NCBI GenBank assembly: GCA_028534125.1
Contig: CM052816.1
Span: forward strand, 33,668,001 to 33,732,000
Length of the DNA: 64,000 nucleotides
Origin: Lama glama
Taxonomy: Eukaryota
Direction: 5' to 3'
Both the position numbers and the translations under genes were made by a program. Shown here piece after piece: positions 60,672 to 64,000 of the stretch (the stretch's first letter is position 1; every line of letters begins with the position of its first letter). Below the pieces are notes generated by a model, which did no database searches, was not told the origin of the DNA, and saw only the letters and a program-made list of their open reading frames with translations.

Positions 60672-61745
60672 GATTTTGGTACTAGGAGTGGGGTGCTGCA
60701 GCAACAAATACCTAAAAATGTGGAAGTAGCTGTGTATGTATAGAGACTAGAAGTGTGTTGTGTAGAGACTAGAAGAGTGTTGAGGCATGTGTTAGAGAAA
60801 ATCTGAGATTGCTTTGAAGGGACTGTTTGTAGAAGTATGGATGTTAAAGGCCAGTCTGATGAGGTCTCACAAATGAGTAGGTTATTGGAAACGGGAGGAA
60901 ATATGATCCTTGTTATGACGTGGCAAAGAACTTGGCTGAATTGAGCTACTGTTTTGTGGAAGGTCGAACTTGTGAGTGATGAAACAGGATATTTAGCTAT
61001 GGTGATTTCTGATTGAAGTATTGAAGGTGTGACTTGGGTCCTCCTGATTGCTTTATAGTGTAATTCTAGAGGAGAGATAGGAATTGAAGAAGGAACTGTT
61101 AAGCAAAAAGGAACCAGAACCTGGAGATTTGGGAAATTCTCAACCTATCCACATTGCAAAAAAAGAAAAATAAAAACAAAAAACAAACAAAAAAACAAAA
61201 ATTAGAAAGCATGTTCTAAGAAAAACATTTACCATTTGATAAAAAGATCATGAGTGCAACTCATGAACTTAATCAGACATCTCAGCAGAAGCCAGGAACA
61301 GAGATGGGATTAAGTCAGCAGAGATACTGCCAGTTTGAACTAAAAGGCACAGAGAAAGTGAAACAGGAAGAAGGAAGGCTGTCAGACTTCTTGGATTCTA
61401 CAGAAACGGATCATAGAGCTATTTGCCTGCAAGTGTGTGTTCTTCTTCTAATGAAGGAAAGAATGACCCTGAAGGCAGTTCAGAGATCACAGGGTTGCCA
61501 CTCACACCACAGGCCCAGACAAGGCTGTTTCCTGCTTAGTTTCAGAGGGCAGAGAGCCACATAGGTGGGGTCCTCAGTGAAACCAAAGGAACCAGATCAC
61601 ACCCCATCTCCCAGCTGCAAGGTTGTGGTCACCCCACAGAGCTGAAGGAGCAGGGCTGTCCATTCCCAAAGTAGGAGTAGTGCTGCCACTGCAATGGGCT
61701 GGAAGGCAGGACCTTGAGCTGAAGAAGGTTTTTCTTGAGAAATGC
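60672..61745 (+). mobile_element. MLT1 internal region, truncated, no 3' LTR seen
   Basis: Begins 'gattttggtactaggagtggggtgctgc..aacaaatacctaaaaatgtggaagtagc' directly after the LTR. Also 'gtggcaaagaacttggctgaattg'. Confidence 0.85.
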
Positions 61746-62939
61746 TACTTAGGAGCAAGATACTACGGGCTCTTGATCTAAACATTCACGTAGCGATAAA
61801 TTCATAGTTAATCCTGCCCCCTCATTTAAAAATTAAAGAATCAAGCTTCAAAGTGGTAAGGAAAAATGTCCAATAGATTTTGAACACTTTGAGGTGCCAT
61901 GTCTTATTTATTGTTGCATCCCTACTATCTTTATTATAAAATAGTTCTTGGGGAATAAAAATTACTTGGGAAATAAATTTCACCAGTAAATATTATTGGC
62001 AAATGTTTGCTAAATGGTAGCTTTTCACCCAGTATGATAGAGCATTAAATGCTGGTTCTCTTCATTTTGAAACACGCTGAAATTACTATAAAGGAAAAGT
62101 CCTGAGAATTATAGTAGAGACATCAGTCCGTTTGGTACATTTCAGGAAGATGAAAGATGAATGGTTTAGTAGTGGTGGATAAACTACAGAAGAAAGAACT
62201 GAAGTCCAAGCCTATACAATAAATAACTGAAGTAGAAGTGAGAACCAGTTTTTATTTTTTCCAGAGCAAAACCACCACAAAACAATAAATACTGAGAGCA
62301 GGGTGGCAGGTGTGGGAGAAGAGATAGGAAATGAGAAATTTGATTAAAGAGTTCTTTGTCCCCCAATCCCTGACCCCTGAGCAAATTGCTCTCAGGCTTA
62401 AATCAGACAAGTAATCTTAATGAAATTGATTAATGGTCCTAGAAGATCAAGGGATGGTGTTCTGGAGCAGGACTCCGTATTTTGGCCTTTGACTCTTCCC
62501 TGCTTGTACACCCTATCTGTATAGTGATGTCTGTGGGTCAAAGACCCACCCAAGATCACAGAGCTTATGGTTACTTCACCTATTTAAGGGAAAGGCAAGT
62601 GATGTCAGAGAAAACCTACATATGCTAACTAACCCAAAGAGCTTGTCTTTTATAAACTATTTTAAGCAGATAACCAGGATTCTCTAGGCATTTGGGGGAA
62701 AAAGTGCTGCACAAAGAAGTCATATGAAGAAGGGCAAACAGAACATCTAATTTAGAGGAAATAGTTCACCAAAAATATAAAAGCACTTTAAAAAGGGTGC
62801 TAAGAATGCTTCCCAGTTCACATGAAAATCTTGGTTTTTGTTTTCCTAGTTCTTAATTGATAACATATTTCTTTCACTGTCAAATATATCCCAGTTTGGA
62901 CAACATATGATATGATCTTCTTAAATTTATAAGAATTTT

Positions 62940-63470
62940 ACTCATTCCTTTGAAATGATTTATGAAGACAGCATATTTATTATAAAGTGCGAACAATAAA
63001 CCAGCTACAGTGAAAGCAAACCTTCAAAGACCAAGAAGGAGCCCCTGAAAATTAAAAAAAACATTATTACTTAAATAAAAATGAAATAGAAGGACCAGAA
63101 GAAAAAGTTGAGAAAAATCTCAAGAATATAAAGCAAAAAAACCCCTAAAAACCAAAAACAAAACCCCAAATACAGAAAAATAACAGAAAATGTTGAGTTC
63201 TAGAAGATCAATCCAGAAGACACAAGGTCAAAACAATATATTTTGAATGAAAATCTTATTAAAATTGAGAGCAGAAAACAGTATTATTAAAGAAGTAACA
63301 GAAAAATACCCAGTGCTAAAGAAAAGTGAACTTACAGAATTTAGCCAAATTCTACAGAGTACAGAACAGGAGGAAAGGAAGAAGAACAATAGCAACTAAA
63401 GTCCACCCTTGGATTAGTCTTCGTTCATTTCTAGAACACCAGGATAAAGAGACATCCTGAAATCTTCTTT
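62940..63470 (+). mobile_element. Old L1 ORF1-region fragment
   Basis: A-rich 'aaaagttgagaaaaatctcaagaa...ctagaagatcaatccagaag...aacaccaggataaagagacatcctgaaatcttc'. Confidence 0.6.
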
Positions 63471-63474
63471 TGGA

Positions 63475-64000
63475 GAGGAAGAAAACTCTCCTCCACCCTT
63501 CTAGATTCTTCTGCTTGGTTTAATAACTTAACTATTAAAAAGTTTAATAATTTAATAATTAAATTATTAAGTTAAAATAATTTAATAATTAAATTGACAT
63601 GAGACATATTAACAGGAGAAAATCAGATTTAATTTTGTATGTACGGGAATCCCACATACATGAGAGGCTCAGAGACAGAAAGGTAAAATAAGATATATGT
63701 GCCATTCTGAGCTAAGAGGTGGGATAGGGGTCTGGGGCTTCCAAGGACAGGAGGGTCATTCCCAGGATGACAAGAAGATCAGATGTTTGGTAATTAGATG
63801 TTTGCCCTACCGTATAGATGGGGCCATTTAGATAAAATTACCTCTAGTAATAAATATTTTCTAGAGGAAAATCCCCAATTTAAGTTTTCTAACTGGTTAA
63901 GAGAGGGGCAATAGTTTATTTTGAGCCCACAGGGTCTTGATTGCCTTTAGCTCAGAATGATTCTCATGCAAAAGTGGCACATTTTGGAGAGGTGTGTTCT
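63475..64000 (-). mobile_element. ERV1-type LTR running off the window end
   Basis: 'aattaaattgacatgagacatattaacaggagaaaa...agatgtttgcc...ttgattgcctttagctcagaatgattctcatgcaaaagtggcacattttgg'. Confidence 0.65.

Noticed and set aside
1..64000. Assignment to a named lncRNA locus (e.g. XIST/JPX/FTX, DLEU1/2) or a named gene symbol
   Set aside because: No diagnostic sequence was recognised, so naming would be a guess. It needs liftover or BLAST.

Overview
Mammalian genomic DNA, very probably camelid, judged from two tRNA-Ala-derived vic-1-like SINEs with intact TSDs. No intact protein-coding gene, rRNA, real tRNA or CRISPR feature is recognisable. The longest ORFs are an L1 ORF2 fragment (52760-53355) and GC-rich or chance ORFs at the CpG islands. 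Most of the window is repeat: L1, L2, MIR, MLT1/LTR33/ERV1-like LTRs, an ERVL pol fragment and MER hAT elements. The main non-repeat structure is two CpG-island promoters (~4.9-5.7 kb and ~7.8-8.45 kb). They carry strong splice donors on both strands, and there is a clean minus-strand terminal exon (3016 to ~2143) with AATAAA, suggesting a bidirectional lncRNA or micro-ORF locus. Upstream on the minus strand (10.7-49 kb), several exon-like, stop-riddled segments have splice signals, and two have degenerate IQ-like motifs. This suggests a fossil (unitary pseudogene) protein-coding gene whose last exon may have been captured by the CpG-island promoters; this is inference and the ancestral gene was not identified. 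Other notable structures: a 93%-identical inverted repeat inside two old MLT1 copies, two 5'-inverted L1s, a probable L1 3' transduction and templated-insertion scars. Repeat subfamily names are from memory of consensus sequences, not from a database search, and repeat boundaries are approximate.
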